Shown piece by piece: positions 39,167-47,872 of a stretch of 64,000 nt of DNA. The notes beneath the pieces were generated by a model. The model was not told where the DNA came from. It searched no databases and saw nothing but the letters and a program-made list of their open reading frames with translations. Source of the stretch: Candidatus Fermentibacterota bacterium (GTDB taxonomy: Bacteria > JAFGKV01); contig JAUXFG010000002.1 in the NCBI GenBank assembly GCA_030620115.1, positions 405 through 64,404 on the forward strand, written 5' to 3'. The position numbers were made by a program, and so were the translations under genes. The number at the start of each line of letters is the position of its first letter. Position 1 is the first letter of the stretch.

Positions 39167-39298
39167 CGGGCTCGGTCGCGGTCAGATCTTTAATGTTTAA
39201 TATTCGAGATCCTCGGCTTCTCCTCTCATCTTTAATTGTTTCTATTGGCTGGTGATGTGCCCCGATATGTCTTGCCATCGATGGCTTTGTTACCGGTG
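39167..39298. repeat. IS-associated repeat A, copy 2
   Basis: GATCTTTAATGTTTAATATTCGAGATCCTCGG...GATATGTCTTGCCATCGATGGCTTTGTTACCGG. Direct-repeat partner of 30178..30322. Confidence 0.55.
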
Positions 39299-39397
39299 TA
39301 TTGATGCACTGATGCCCAGAGCACATCAGAGATCATTGCCAAAGAGGCATAGATCTAATCACAAGTTGACTCGATATCTTCGCCTTCTACCATCCGT

Positions 39398-39500
39398 GAA
39401 GTCCTATCTGATGAAGATCGCGTATCCCCCGAACATCAGGATCGTTGCCCGCTAAATCTCTAGTAAATCCATGGATTTACTAGAGATTTATCCCAGCACC
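39398..39500. repeat. about 103-bp repeat containing a 38-bp perfect AT-rich palindrome, copy 1
   Basis: ...GAAGTCCTATCTGATGAAGATCGCGTATCCCCCGAACATCAGGATCGTTGCCCGC-TAAATCTCTAGTAAATCCATGGATTTACTAGAGATTTA. Near-identical copy at 47873..47975. Confidence 0.6.
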
Positions 39501-39577
39501 GAAACGGACCGGGGTCAGTATTCTGTATTGATGTCAAGTCGCCCGATTCTGGACATTATGCCGTGCGTGAGAATTTA

Positions 39578-40376
39578 GGGGACGTTGGTGCAGAAAGTGC
39601 TTGAGGCAGGAAAGACGAGGCTGATATTCGGAGCATTGTGGCAAGAGGACCACGTTGGGACTGCCCCGGAACACTCCACTCCACCGGTTGTCGGATCTCC
39701 GACATGTAATGGCTCATAGCATCGACCGGCTGAAGATATTTCGGGCAAAGAAGGACTATGAAGATTTCCTTGATCGATTGGAGATCATAGTCGAAGACGA
39801 CAAGCTTCGTGTGTATGCGTGGGCTCTTATTCCGAATCACACACATCTCCTAGTTCGCAGTGGTCCGAAGCCCTTGTCTGCAGCCATGCGCAAATTGATG
39901 ACCGGGTATGCGGTATCGTACAATCTGCGGCGCAAACGTCACGGGCATGTATATGGTCGGAGGTATTGGGACTCCGACGTCGGAAGGAGCGGATGGCATC
40001 GGACAGCCGCATCTTGGGGAGCGGGGAGTTTGTAGAAGCGATGCTGCGTGATGTTGAGGAACGACAAGCCGACAGCCTGAGGTTGCGACGCGCTGGAATC
40101 GGCCTCCACGAGATAGTGGAGGCGGTAGCGAGGCATCGTGGATTAGAGGAAGAAGAGGTCATTTCCGGAGGACGACGGGTCATAACTGAAGCGCGCAACG
40201 ACATATGTCAGTTGGCAGTGAAGCGACTCGGGTACAGCGGAGCGGAAGTTGCCCGTCATCTTGGCGTGACGACATCGTGTGTCAATAGACACGTGGCAAC
40301 GGGTGAGATGAGTTTCGTAGCCCAATCGATTATAGATTCATGGTCATCATAATGCACTTTCTGTAACAACGTCCCC
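39578..40376 (+). mobile_element. internally deleted IS copy bounded by 23-bp terminal inverted repeats
   Basis: Left TIR GGGGACGTTGGTGCAGAAAGTGC at 39578. Right end at 40354 has reverse complement GGGGACGTTGTTACAGAAAGTGC (20/23 match). It encloses the transposase pseudogene. Confidence 0.55.
39655..40352 (+). pseudogene. frameshifted/internally deleted transposase: HUH-Y1 (IS200-like/RAYT-like) N-domain fused to DnaA-C-like HTH
   Basis: Frame A gives ...RVYAWALIPNHTHLLVRSG...KRHGHVYGRRYW (HxH and catalytic Tyr region). Frame B continues as ...RILGSGEFVEAMLRDV...GAEVARHLGVTTSCVNRHVATGE. Two overlapping frames plus a missing middle segment indicate decay. Confidence 0.6.
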
Positions 40377-40654
40377 TGAAGTCAAATGGCTGGCGATATG
40401 GGGTGGGTACTGTCGGCTGTCCTCTCCTTCCGCTGCCTGTAGGTGCGGGGTCGGATTGCCTTTCGGGGCCGGCGGCACGACCCATTCTGAAGGGGTTGTA
40501 GTTCTCGGAGTACTAGCATAATTTGGTAGGCTTCTGTTCGCAGCGGCCGGTTGGCTGTGGTACACTCAACGCGGTTGACCCGCCCTCCAGCCTTTGCAGA
40601 AAGATGCCCTGTCGTGGCTTAACGCTGCCACCACCTTTGCCGAGGAGGTCCCCC

Positions 40655-43600
40655 ATGCGCGCCGTCTTATTCGCTCTGGTTGTCGCGTTGCTCGTGAGCA
40701 TCGCGGGCACTTCCATCGCCCAGCCCTCGTTGACCTTGGTACCTCCGGATCCGCAGGCCGACAGTTATTTCGGCCGCCGCCTTTGTACCCTCGGCTACTT
40801 CGGCGGTGATCCTTCCGGTGATGGGGTGGTTGATCTGATCGTGACCGCCGAAAATCAGACCGCCGGTGCAGATGCGTCAGGGGCCGTCTTCCTGTTCGAC
40901 GGCGCCACCGGAGCGCCCCTGTGTGCCTTTCGCTCGGATAACGCCGAGACGTGGGGAAACTTCGGGCACTCGGTCGGGGAAGTTCCGGATGCCAACGGCG
41001 ACGGATACGACGATTTCATCGTCGGTGCCTGGCGGGAAGACCATTCCGGAATCACCAACGCCGGCAGGGTCTACGTCTTCGATGGGGATGTCGATGCGCC
41101 CGTCTACACCCTGGTATCTCCCAACCCCGAAAGCGATGGGCGGTTTGCCTGGTCAGCGGGCTTCGCAGGCGACGTGAACAATGACGGCGACCCCGACATC
41201 GTGGTGGGGGCCTACATCGAGGACGGTGGGGCCTCAAATTCCGGTCGCGCCTATGTCTTCGATGCCCAGACAGGCACGCTGCTGTGGACGTTGGTCTCGC
41301 CGAATCCCGAGGACACCGGCAGATTCGGCGATTCTGTCGCGGGCGCCGGCGATATCGATGACGATGGGTTCGATGATGTGATCATCGGAGCCAATTCCGA
41401 AGACGGCGGCACGTTCGAGGCAGGCCGCGCCTATGTGTTCGGTGGGCAGACCGGTTCCCTGATCCATACCCTCGTCTCTCCCAATCCTTCCATCAACGGC
41501 CTCTTCGGTGTGGCAGTGTCTGGCGTGGGCGACGTCGACAATGACGGTTACGACGACGTGATCGTAGGAACGCAAGAAGCCCCCGGTGGGCTCTTGGGGG
41601 CAGGCAGGGCCTATGTGTTCAGCGGGCAGACCGGCTCGCTTCTCCACACCCTGGTCTCGCCCAATCCCGTGGAGTGGGGGTTCTTCGGTTCCGGTGTCAT
41701 TGGGACCGGCGACATGAACAGTGATGGTCGGCCTGACATGGTCATCTCCGCCTCAACGGAGGACGGCGGCGCCACCGATGCCGGCAGGGTCTACGTGTTC
41801 AGCGGGATCGATGGCTCTCTCCTCAGGACCTTTGTCTCTCCCAATCCCGAAGTGGACGGCACCTTCGGTGCTTCCATCGCATCCGTACCCGATGTGAACA
41901 GCGACGGCTGCCCTGACCTGATGGTCGGTGCCTCCTACGAGGACGGCGGCGATAGCGACACCGGCAGGGCCTACTTGCTCAGCGGCAGCGACGGGGCACT
42001 GCTGTCCACCTTCGTATCGCCCAATCCGGAGAGTGGCGGAGACTTCGGCACCTCGGTATCCTCCATCGGAGATCTGAATGGCGATGGGTTTGCTGATGCT
42101 TTGGTCGGCGCCCGTCTAGAGGACGGCGGCGCGGCCAATGCGGGGAGGGCCTACGTGTTCAGCGGCGCCGACGGCGCTCTCATCCATCCCATCGGGTCGC
42201 CCACCCCCGAGGCGAACGGGTTCTTCGGGCATGCCGCGTTCTCCGTGGGCGATGCCACGGCGGATGGGCTGGATGACTTCGTGATCGGCACCTACTACGA
42301 GGATGGCGGCGGGGTTCTGGACGCCGGCAGGGTCTACTTCTTCGACGGCGATCTGGACGCCCCGCGGCTCACCTTGATCTCGCCCAATGCCCAGACCAAC
42401 AGCCGTTTCGGCTGCGCGGCAGCCGGCGCGGGCGATGTCGACAATGACGGCGATCCCGATATTGTCGTCGGCGCCTACGGCGAGACGGTCGGCGGTTCCA
42501 CCGCTGCTGGACGGGTCTATCTCTTCGATGCGGGCACCGGCGCCTTGGTGCGGACGTTGGTCTCGCCGAACCCCGAATATGCCGGTCGGTTCGGATGGTC
42601 GGTCGCCGGGACCGGCGATGTCGACGACGACGGCTACGACGACGTGGTCATCGGCGCAGATAGCGAGGACGGCGGTGCCGGCGGGGCCGGCAGAGCGTAT
42701 GTGTTCAGCGGGCAGACCGGCGGCGTGCTCTACACCCTGGTTTCTCCGAACCCGGTTGGCAGCGGCGGGTTCGGCTCGCACGTGTCGGGAGCGGGCGACG
42801 TCGACGATGACGGATACGCCGACGTGATCGTCGGAGCCTCGGAGCCCCCCGGAGGGCTCTCAGGGGCCGGCAGAGCCTATGTGTTCAGCGGGCAGACCGG
42901 GAGCATCCTCTACACCCTGGTCTCGCCGAACCCGGAGGAGTGGGGCTCCTTCGGAGCTTCGGCCGCCTGCGTAGGCGACATCGACAATGACGGCTACGAT
43001 GACGTGGTCGTGGGAGCGGGCGGAGAGAGCGGAGGAGAATCGGCGTCGGGGCGAGTCTACGTGTTCTCCGGTTCCACGGGGAATCTCCTGGCAACCCTTG
43101 TCTCGCCTGCCCCCGAGGAGGGCGGCCATTTCGGTGCGGCGGTGGCGGGGATCGGCGATCGCGACGGCGACGGGTTTGACGACTTGATGATCGGGGCGCT
43201 CTACGAGGACGGAGGCGCCACGGATTCAGGACGAGCGTATGTCTACAGCGGCACGGTCGTACCGGTCGAACTGGCTCTGTTTGAGGCATTCCCGACAACG
43301 GACAGGGCAGTATCGCTGCGATGGACCACCGCCAGCGAACAAGATAACCTTGGCTTCTTGATCTACCGGGCTGACGGAGAGCATGCACCGCGGCGTCTCA
43401 TTACCTCGGACATAATACCGGGCGCAGGCACCTCCTCAGCCACGAACTCCTACGAGTATGTGGACCATGTGCCGGGCCCCGGAACCTATCTCTACTGGCT
43501 CGACCAGGTGGACATGGGCGGTGCGACCACGACCTATGGGCCCATCCGTGCAGTCGTGAAACCCGACGGCCTGGCCATCGATGGGCTTCGGCCGAACCCG

Positions 43601-43834
43601 GCGATTCGAGACGTCCGTGTCACGCTCATGATCCCCGACGACGCGTCGACGCCTGCATGCCTGGCGCTGTACGACTTCGCAGGCCGGGAGGTCGTGATCC
43701 TTCGGGATGATCTCGTCAGTGGTGTCCACGAGATCGAGTGCGCGATCCCGGATGACATCGCCGCGGGCGCCTACCGGATGATGGTCCGGACTGACAAGAG
43801 CGCGGCAGCACTGCCGTTGGTCATCGCCAGGTAG
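40655..43834 (+). CDS. FG-GAP/integrin-alpha-like tandem-repeat surface protein (about 18 repeats) with T9SS-type C-terminal sorting domain
   Basis: SD GAGGAGG 6 nt upstream. Signal peptide MRAVLFALVVALLVSIAGTSIAQP. Repeated units ...FG.SV.G.GDV(D/N)(N/D)DGYDDV(I/V)VGA...AGRAYVFSG.TG.LL.TLVSPNP... The C-terminus ...LALYDFAGREVVIL...AAGAYRMMVRTDK...LVIAR is Por-secretion-tail-like. Confidence 0.8.
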   Translation: MRAVLFALVVALLVSIAGTSIAQPSLTLVPPDPQADSYFGRRLCTLGYFGGDPSGDGVVDLIVTAENQTAGADASGAVFLFDGATGAPLCAFRSDNAETWGNFGHSVGEVPDANGDGYDDFIVGAWREDHSGITNAGRVYVFDGDVDAPVYTLVSPNPESDGRFAWSAGFAGDVNNDGDPDIVVGAYIEDGGASNSGRAYVFDAQTGTLLWTLVSPNPEDTGRFGDSVAGAGDIDDDGFDDVIIGANSEDGGTFEAGRAYVFGGQTGSLIHTLVSPNPSINGLFGVAVSGVGDVDNDGYDDVIVGTQEAPGGLLGAGRAYVFSGQTGSLLHTLVSPNPVEWGFFGSGVIGTGDMNSDGRPDMVISASTEDGGATDAGRVYVFSGIDGSLLRTFVSPNPEVDGTFGASIASVPDVNSDGCPDLMVGASYEDGGDSDTGRAYLLSGSDGALLSTFVSPNPESGGDFGTSVSSIGDLNGDGFADALVGARLEDGGAANAGRAYVFSGADGALIHPIGSPTPEANGFFGHAAFSVGDATADGLDDFVIGTYYEDGGGVLDAGRVYFFDGDLDAPRLTLISPNAQTNSRFGCAAAGAGDVDNDGDPDIVVGAYGETVGGSTAAGRVYLFDAGTGALVRTLVSPNPEYAGRFGWSVAGTGDVDDDGYDDVVIGADSEDGGAGGAGRAYVFSGQTGGVLYTLVSPNPVGSGGFGSHVSGAGDVDDDGYADVIVGASEPPGGLSGAGRAYVFSGQTGSILYTLVSPNPEEWGSFGASAACVGDIDNDGYDDVVVGAGGESGGESASGRVYVFSGSTGNLLATLVSPAPEEGGHFGAAVAGIGDRDGDGFDDLMIGALYEDGGATDSGRAYVYSGTVVPVELALFEAFPTTDRAVSLRWTTASEQDNLGFLIYRADGEHAPRRLITSDIIPGAGTSSATNSYEYVDHVPGPGTYLYWLDQVDMGGATTTYGPIRAVVKPDGLAIDGLRPNPAIRDVRVTLMIPDDASTPACLALYDFAGREVVILRDDLVSGVHEIECAIPDDIAAGAYRMMVRTDKSAAALPLVIAR

Positions 43835-43873
43835 CGGCATCGCGACCCAGATCAGCACGACCTCATCCTCGGC

Positions 43874-43906
43874 GGTGAGGGGGCTAATCGGCCCCCTCAC
43901 CGTTTC
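43874..43906 (+). terminator. rho-independent-like terminator after the FG-GAP gene
   Basis: GGTGAGGGGGC-taatcg-GCCCCCTCACC is a perfect 11-bp stem, followed by GTTTCGT. Confidence 0.45.
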
Positions 43907-43975
43907 GTCCTGCCTCGCATCGCGAGTGGAAGATGGGCACAAGTGGGGTCAGGGTACCAGGAAGAAGTCAACGGG

Positions 43976-44110
43976 GGCAAATGGGGGACGTTGCTGAAAC
44001 TCGATCAATCGTCGGTCAGCAAGGCCGCTCGGCAGGGAGAGCAACTCTGCCGGGAGCTGGGAGTCACGCTTGAGCCCCAAGAGTCCTAATTTCAGCAACG
44101 TCCCCCATTT
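43976..44110. mobile_element. MITE (about 135 bp) derived from the IS family
   Basis: Inverted ends GGCAAATGGGGGACGTTGCTGAAA ... TTTCAGCAACGTCCCCCATTTT. The interior encodes the transposase C-terminal HTH fragment LKLDQSSVSKAARQGEQLCRELGVTLEPQ. Confidence 0.6.
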
Positions 44111-44225
44111 TTTATCCTAAGAACGATTGAGCCCCAGGGTGAGAAGTCCGGGCTAATACTTCGAGGTTACGATTGCAATCAGTTTTAGCTTGCATTTGCA
44201 AACATTCTATGTTATCATTCCATTC

Positions 44226-44480
44226 ATGAATGTGAAGCACAGAAAAACACTTGCAGCTATCTACACAGATCCGATAAACGGCAATATTGAATGGGGCAGG
44301 ATTGAAGCTCTTTTTCTCCATCTTGGTTGTCGAGTCATTGAAGGAACCGGTTCAAGTGTTACCTTTGAGAAAGATGGCATCCGGTCTTATTTTCACCGAC
44401 CACATCCTGCCAAGGAAGCACTCAGATACCGCGTCAAAGATGCCCGTGCATTTCTTACAACCCTAGGAGTCAAGCCATGA
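44226..44480 (+). CDS. hicA: HicA-family (YcfA-like) type II toxin
   Basis: MNVKHRKTLAAIYTDP...IEWGRIEALFLHLGC...GSSVTFEKDG...FHRPHPAKEALRYRVKDARAFL matches the extended HicA/YcfA pattern. ATGA overlap with the downstream antitoxin gene. Confidence 0.6.
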   Translation: MNVKHRKTLAAIYTDPINGNIEWGRIEALFLHLGCRVIEGTGSSVTFEKDGIRSYFHRPHPAKEALRYRVKDARAFLTTLGVKP

Positions 44481-44812
44481 AGGGAATAAGCTACAAAGGC
44501 TACTCTGCCCACATAGAATTCGACCCGGAGGATCGCATTCTTGTTGGTCACATCATCGGCATACGCGATGTCGTTGGCTTCCACGGAAAATCTGTAAAGG
44601 AGCTTGAGAGAGCCTTTCATGAAGCCGTTGATGATTATCTCGCAGCGTGTAGGGAGCTTGGTCAAGAACCCAATAAGCCCTATTCCGGTAACCTTATGCT
44701 GCGGGTCCCAACTGAAGTTCATGCTGCTGTTGCAGCAGCCGCCGAAGCCAATGGGAAGAGTATCAATCAATGGGCAGCTAGAGTTCTTGCGTCAGCAAGT
44801 CATGCTCATTGA
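44477..44812 (+). CDS. hicB: HicB-family antitoxin
   Basis: MKGISYKGYSAHIEFDPEDRILVGHIIGIRDVVGFHGKSVKELERAFHEAVDDYLAACRELG...YSGNLMLRVPTEVHAAVAAAAEANGKSINQW gives the HicB RNase-H-like fold plus a C-terminal RHH-like DNA-binding part. Confidence 0.75.
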   Translation: MKGISYKGYSAHIEFDPEDRILVGHIIGIRDVVGFHGKSVKELERAFHEAVDDYLAACRELGQEPNKPYSGNLMLRVPTEVHAAVAAAAEANGKSINQWAARVLASASHAH

Positions 44813-44971
44813 CAAATGGAAAGGTCTGCAATACTGCGCTGTAACGAGGGGAACCGGGCTTGCATATTTGGTGAAACGATTGAATTCCTAATAATTGGCA
44901 TTGGCTCATGACGAGCCCTGATGTTTCTGTGGATTTCGGCCTGTGAACGCGTGGGGTCCGCATTCCGTAAC

Positions 44972-45290
44972 GGGCAAATGGGGGACGGCAAATGGGGGAC
45001 GTTGCTGGAATTAGGACTTTCTTGGGGCGGGCGACTTGGGCTTTTGACGTGTTGGTAGAGGACATCTACGGAGGTGGAAAATCGAGACCACAAGCCAAGG
45101 CACGCAGTCTGTTCTGTTACTGGGCGACTCGCGAGCTGGGGATAACAGCGACAGTTGCTGAAACTCGATCAATCGTCGGTCAGCAAGGCCGCTCGCCGGG
45201 GAGAGTATCTCTCCCGGGAACTGGGAGTCACGCTTGAGCCCCAAAAGTCCTTATTCCAGCAACGTTCCCCATTTGCCCTCATTTGCCTTG
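44972..45290. mobile_element. MITE (about 320 bp) derived from the IS family
   Basis: Inverted ends GGCAAATGGGGGACGTTGCTGGAATTAGGACTTTCTTGGGG ... CCCCAAAAGTCCTTATTCCAGCAACGTTCCCCATTTGCC. The interior encodes transposase C-terminal fragments (...KARSLFCYWATRELGITATVAE... / LKLDQSSVSKAARRGEYLSRELGVTLEPQKS). Confidence 0.6.
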
Positions 45291-45440
45291 AACTACCTAT
45301 CCGACGAGCTAGCGATATACAAGCGTTTATTCCCTGAGATCTGTGAAAAAGTCCAAAGACCAATGCGGAATGCTGACCCCCGATCACGATCACGGATTCT
45401 TCGAATCAGCCGCGAGGGAAAGGTCGACCGTGCTCTCGTG

Positions 45441-46865
45441 TCAGGGGAGATTCCACACGAACTCGCGCTCGCCTGCGTAGTTGGAGCGCGCCAATTCGGC
45501 GTTGAGGTCATCGACCGCCACGATAACGAAGGACCATTCGCTCCCGGGGTCGCCGATGCCTGCGGAGAACGTGAAGGTAAAGACTTCCGGAGACAACAGC
45601 GCCAGCATGTTCCCGCCTCCGGGTTCGAAGCAGGCATGGTTCTCCTCGCCATGGCAACAATGGGAGCTCGCCCACGGATAAGGCGACCAGTACAGCACCA
45701 GGTCGCTTCCCACCACCCGGGCAGCGAGGGAAATGCCCTCGCCTTGCACATGCCTCAGGCTCGAGTTGCTCGCGTGGTAGCTGATCTGAGGAAACCCATA
45801 CGCATCAAGCGATAGGGATGGGAAGGAGCCGCCACCCATGCCCGGGGCATTGACTCGCTCCAGGTGCCAGATGGTTCCCAGCATGGCGGCAAACGTCAAA
45901 CCGCGCGCGCTTGCCTCCCAGTAGGCGATCCGTGGCGCACCGTAGTCGTCGACTGCCAGGGACGCATACATGCCAGCATGAAAGGCGTCGTCGACCACCT
46001 GGGTGTGCCATCCTTCGCCATTCTTGAAGGCATACTTGAGCCGTTTCGGGAGATCGTCGTAGAAGTAAACCTGTTCCTGATAGCCGATATGAGGGAAGCC
46101 CTGCGCATCGAGATCCAGCGACGCGTACGCCCCGACACAGCCCTCGCCATCCGCGATCTCGATGCTCCAGCCTGCTGCGCCTCGGTAGGCATACCTCAGA
46201 TCCTCGGGATGATCGTACCACGAATTAAGGCAATAATCGCAGTAACCCACATGGGCACGGTCCGCGTCATCGAGCTTCAGCGAGGCCCACTTGCCTCTGT
46301 TGCCCCCGCTATCCACCAGCTCGAGGTGCCAGCCACCGGAATCCTTATAGGCATACCTGAGATCGCCGCCCCATTGGCTCGTGGACCAGTAGTAGGCAAT
46401 GTGGGGGAACCCCGTCTGATCCAATGCCAATGAGGTGGAGCCCCCAAAGTAGGCCTCGGTCTGCACGGTCTCGATGTACCAGCCATCGCCGTCCATGTAC
46501 GCGTAGCGAAGGTCAACCGAACCGAAGTAGCTGATGTGAGGAAACCCGGCAGCATCCAGTGCAAGCGATGTGTACCACCCGACCCTGTAGGAGGTCGTGT
46601 CGACAACGGCCGTGTGCCATCCTGTGCCATCCTTGTAGGCATACTTGAGGTGCTCGTTGGTTTCGTCGTAGTAGCTGATATGGGGGAACCCGCCGGAATC
46701 GATGGCAATAGAGCACCACATGCCGACATCTCCTGCGGTATCCACTGTCTCGGAATCCCATTCAAGCCCTGTGGCCATGTGCGCATTCCCCGCGAGGCCG
46801 AGAATCACAAGGCTGCGGGTCAGGAATCTCGCAAGGCCGCGCGCTATGACGTGTGTCGAGTGCAT
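45441..46865 (-). CDS. secreted 7-blade beta-propeller repeat protein, hypothetical (novel approx 45-aa repeat)
   Basis: SD GGGAGGTG before ATG at 46865. Signal peptide MHSTHVIARGLARFLTRSLVILGLAGNAHMA. Seven repeats of consensus ...SLALD..GFPHISY(5-12 aa)LRYAYKDG.GW..E.VD... I cannot place the family with confidence. Confidence 0.55.
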   Translation of the reverse strand: MHSTHVIARGLARFLTRSLVILGLAGNAHMATGLEWDSETVDTAGDVGMWCSIAIDSGGFPHISYYDETNEHLKYAYKDGTGWHTAVVDTTSYRVGWYTSLALDAAGFPHISYFGSVDLRYAYMDGDGWYIETVQTEAYFGGSTSLALDQTGFPHIAYYWSTSQWGGDLRYAYKDSGGWHLELVDSGGNRGKWASLKLDDADRAHVGYCDYCLNSWYDHPEDLRYAYRGAAGWSIEIADGEGCVGAYASLDLDAQGFPHIGYQEQVYFYDDLPKRLKYAFKNGEGWHTQVVDDAFHAGMYASLAVDDYGAPRIAYWEASARGLTFAAMLGTIWHLERVNAPGMGGGSFPSLSLDAYGFPQISYHASNSSLRHVQGEGISLAARVVGSDLVLYWSPYPWASSHCCHGEENHACFEPGGGNMLALLSPEVFTFTFSAGIGDPGSEWSFVIVAVDDLNAELARSNYAGEREFVWNLP

Positions 46866-47040
46866 GGGGCACCTCCCGGCGTCACTCCGCCCATGAGATG
46901 ATGAACACAACCCCAGGCTCACCTCCGTTAACAATAAAGCGGAAAGACGACGGAATGGCAACTGATCCACAACCCGGAATCCACGACGTTGAGAGTGTTG
47001 TTCTCGGGCGTCGGCATCGACAAGTGCCAGGGGGTCAACA

Positions 47041-47200
47041 GCCTGGGGTCAGGGTACCAGGAAGAAGTCAGGGGAAAGCCGCGAGCTCCGATTTTGACAA
47101 TAACCCTCCGTTGCCGATTTGTGTCGGTTTTCGAGAAACGAGTGGATCAGAACCAGACTGTCAGTTCGGTGAGTGCCGGGGCGACGTAGCTACGCTGTGA
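47041..47200. repeat. repeat family B copy 2
   Basis: GGGGTCAGGGTACCAGGAAGAAGTCAGGGGAAAGCCGCGAGCTCCGATTTTGACAATAACCCTCCGTTGCCGATTTGTGTCGGTTTTCGAGAAACGAG..., homologous to 28911..29075. Confidence 0.5.
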
Positions 47201-47519
47201 TATTCCCCGGTCAGAATGGCAAAACCCGCCCGGCCGACCATCTTGGATTGAGATTGAACGGTGCAAGAGATGGTGTGCTCATGCTATCTCCCGTAATCGC
47301 TGTTGGATAGCCGTATCTCCATTATTGTAGAGACTTCTCATCGCCCCAAGCGAAGTCCAAATGCCCTCGATCCCCTCAGATAATCTGTTGCTTTCTCATC
47401 TTGAAGGCGTTATGTATGTGGATATCCACTGGCAAAACGGTTATAGAATCTTTTTGGGAGCCTTGAGAAACCCATCGTACTGAGGTATTCTGCAGCAAGA
47501 TCTTGAGGAGGGGAGGCCA

Positions 47520-47756
47520 ATGGTCCTGGTCAAAGCGAAGGTAGTGGACTCCACCCATCTGGAGCTCTTGAAGCCCATCGCGGTACGTAAGGGACTAACC
47601 GTGCTTGTCTCGGTTGCCGAATCGGGGGACAAGGATGCCGAGCGGCAGCAGTGGCTCGCCGTTTCCGCTGAGTCTCTTCACGCAGCATACGGCGAGCCGG
47701 AGCCGGACTATCCCGCCTCCATGGTCAAGGAGAGCAATCCGGACTACGGTACATGA
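47520..47756 (+). CDS. DUF104/AF2212-like small antitoxin candidate
   Basis: SD GAGGAGGGGAGG upstream. N-terminal MVLVKAKVVDSTHLELLKPIAVRKGLTVLVSV fits the short AbrB/DUF104-like antitoxin pattern. The downstream partner ORF (ATGA overlap) is only 61 aa and is interrupted by the palindromic repeat. Confidence 0.35.
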   Translation: MVLVKAKVVDSTHLELLKPIAVRKGLTVLVSVAESGDKDAERQQWLAVSAESLHAAYGEPEPDYPASMVKESNPDYGT

Positions 47757-47872
47757 CGGAACAGGTCTTGTTGCGGATTCCTCAATCCGTTTGGGCTTCC
47801 TTGCCGTCCTTCGAAGTTCGGGGGGAAATCTTGGGAAAATCGACAAGGCTCCCGATGAAGTTTCAGGTCAGA

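Noticed and set aside
39252-39455. 67-aa ORF running through the palindromic repeat
   Set aside because: The second repeat copy is read in a different frame (47753..47938). Conservation is at the nucleotide level only, so it is non-coding.
42116-42781. 221-aa minus-strand ORF plus several Arg/Pro-rich ORFs
   Set aside because: They are products of the GC-rich tandem FG-GAP repeats read in wrong frames.
40655-43834. CRISPR-like regular repeats
   Set aside because: The periodicity is about 181 bp, lies within a continuous ORF, and encodes FG-GAP units. There are no short direct repeats with unique spacers and no cas genes.
28911-47200. Diversity-generating retroelement (TR/VR pair) interpretation of repeat family B
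   Set aside because: Differences between copies are not adenine-specific. Neither copy lies at the 3' end of a target gene. No reverse transcriptase or Avd-like gene is present.
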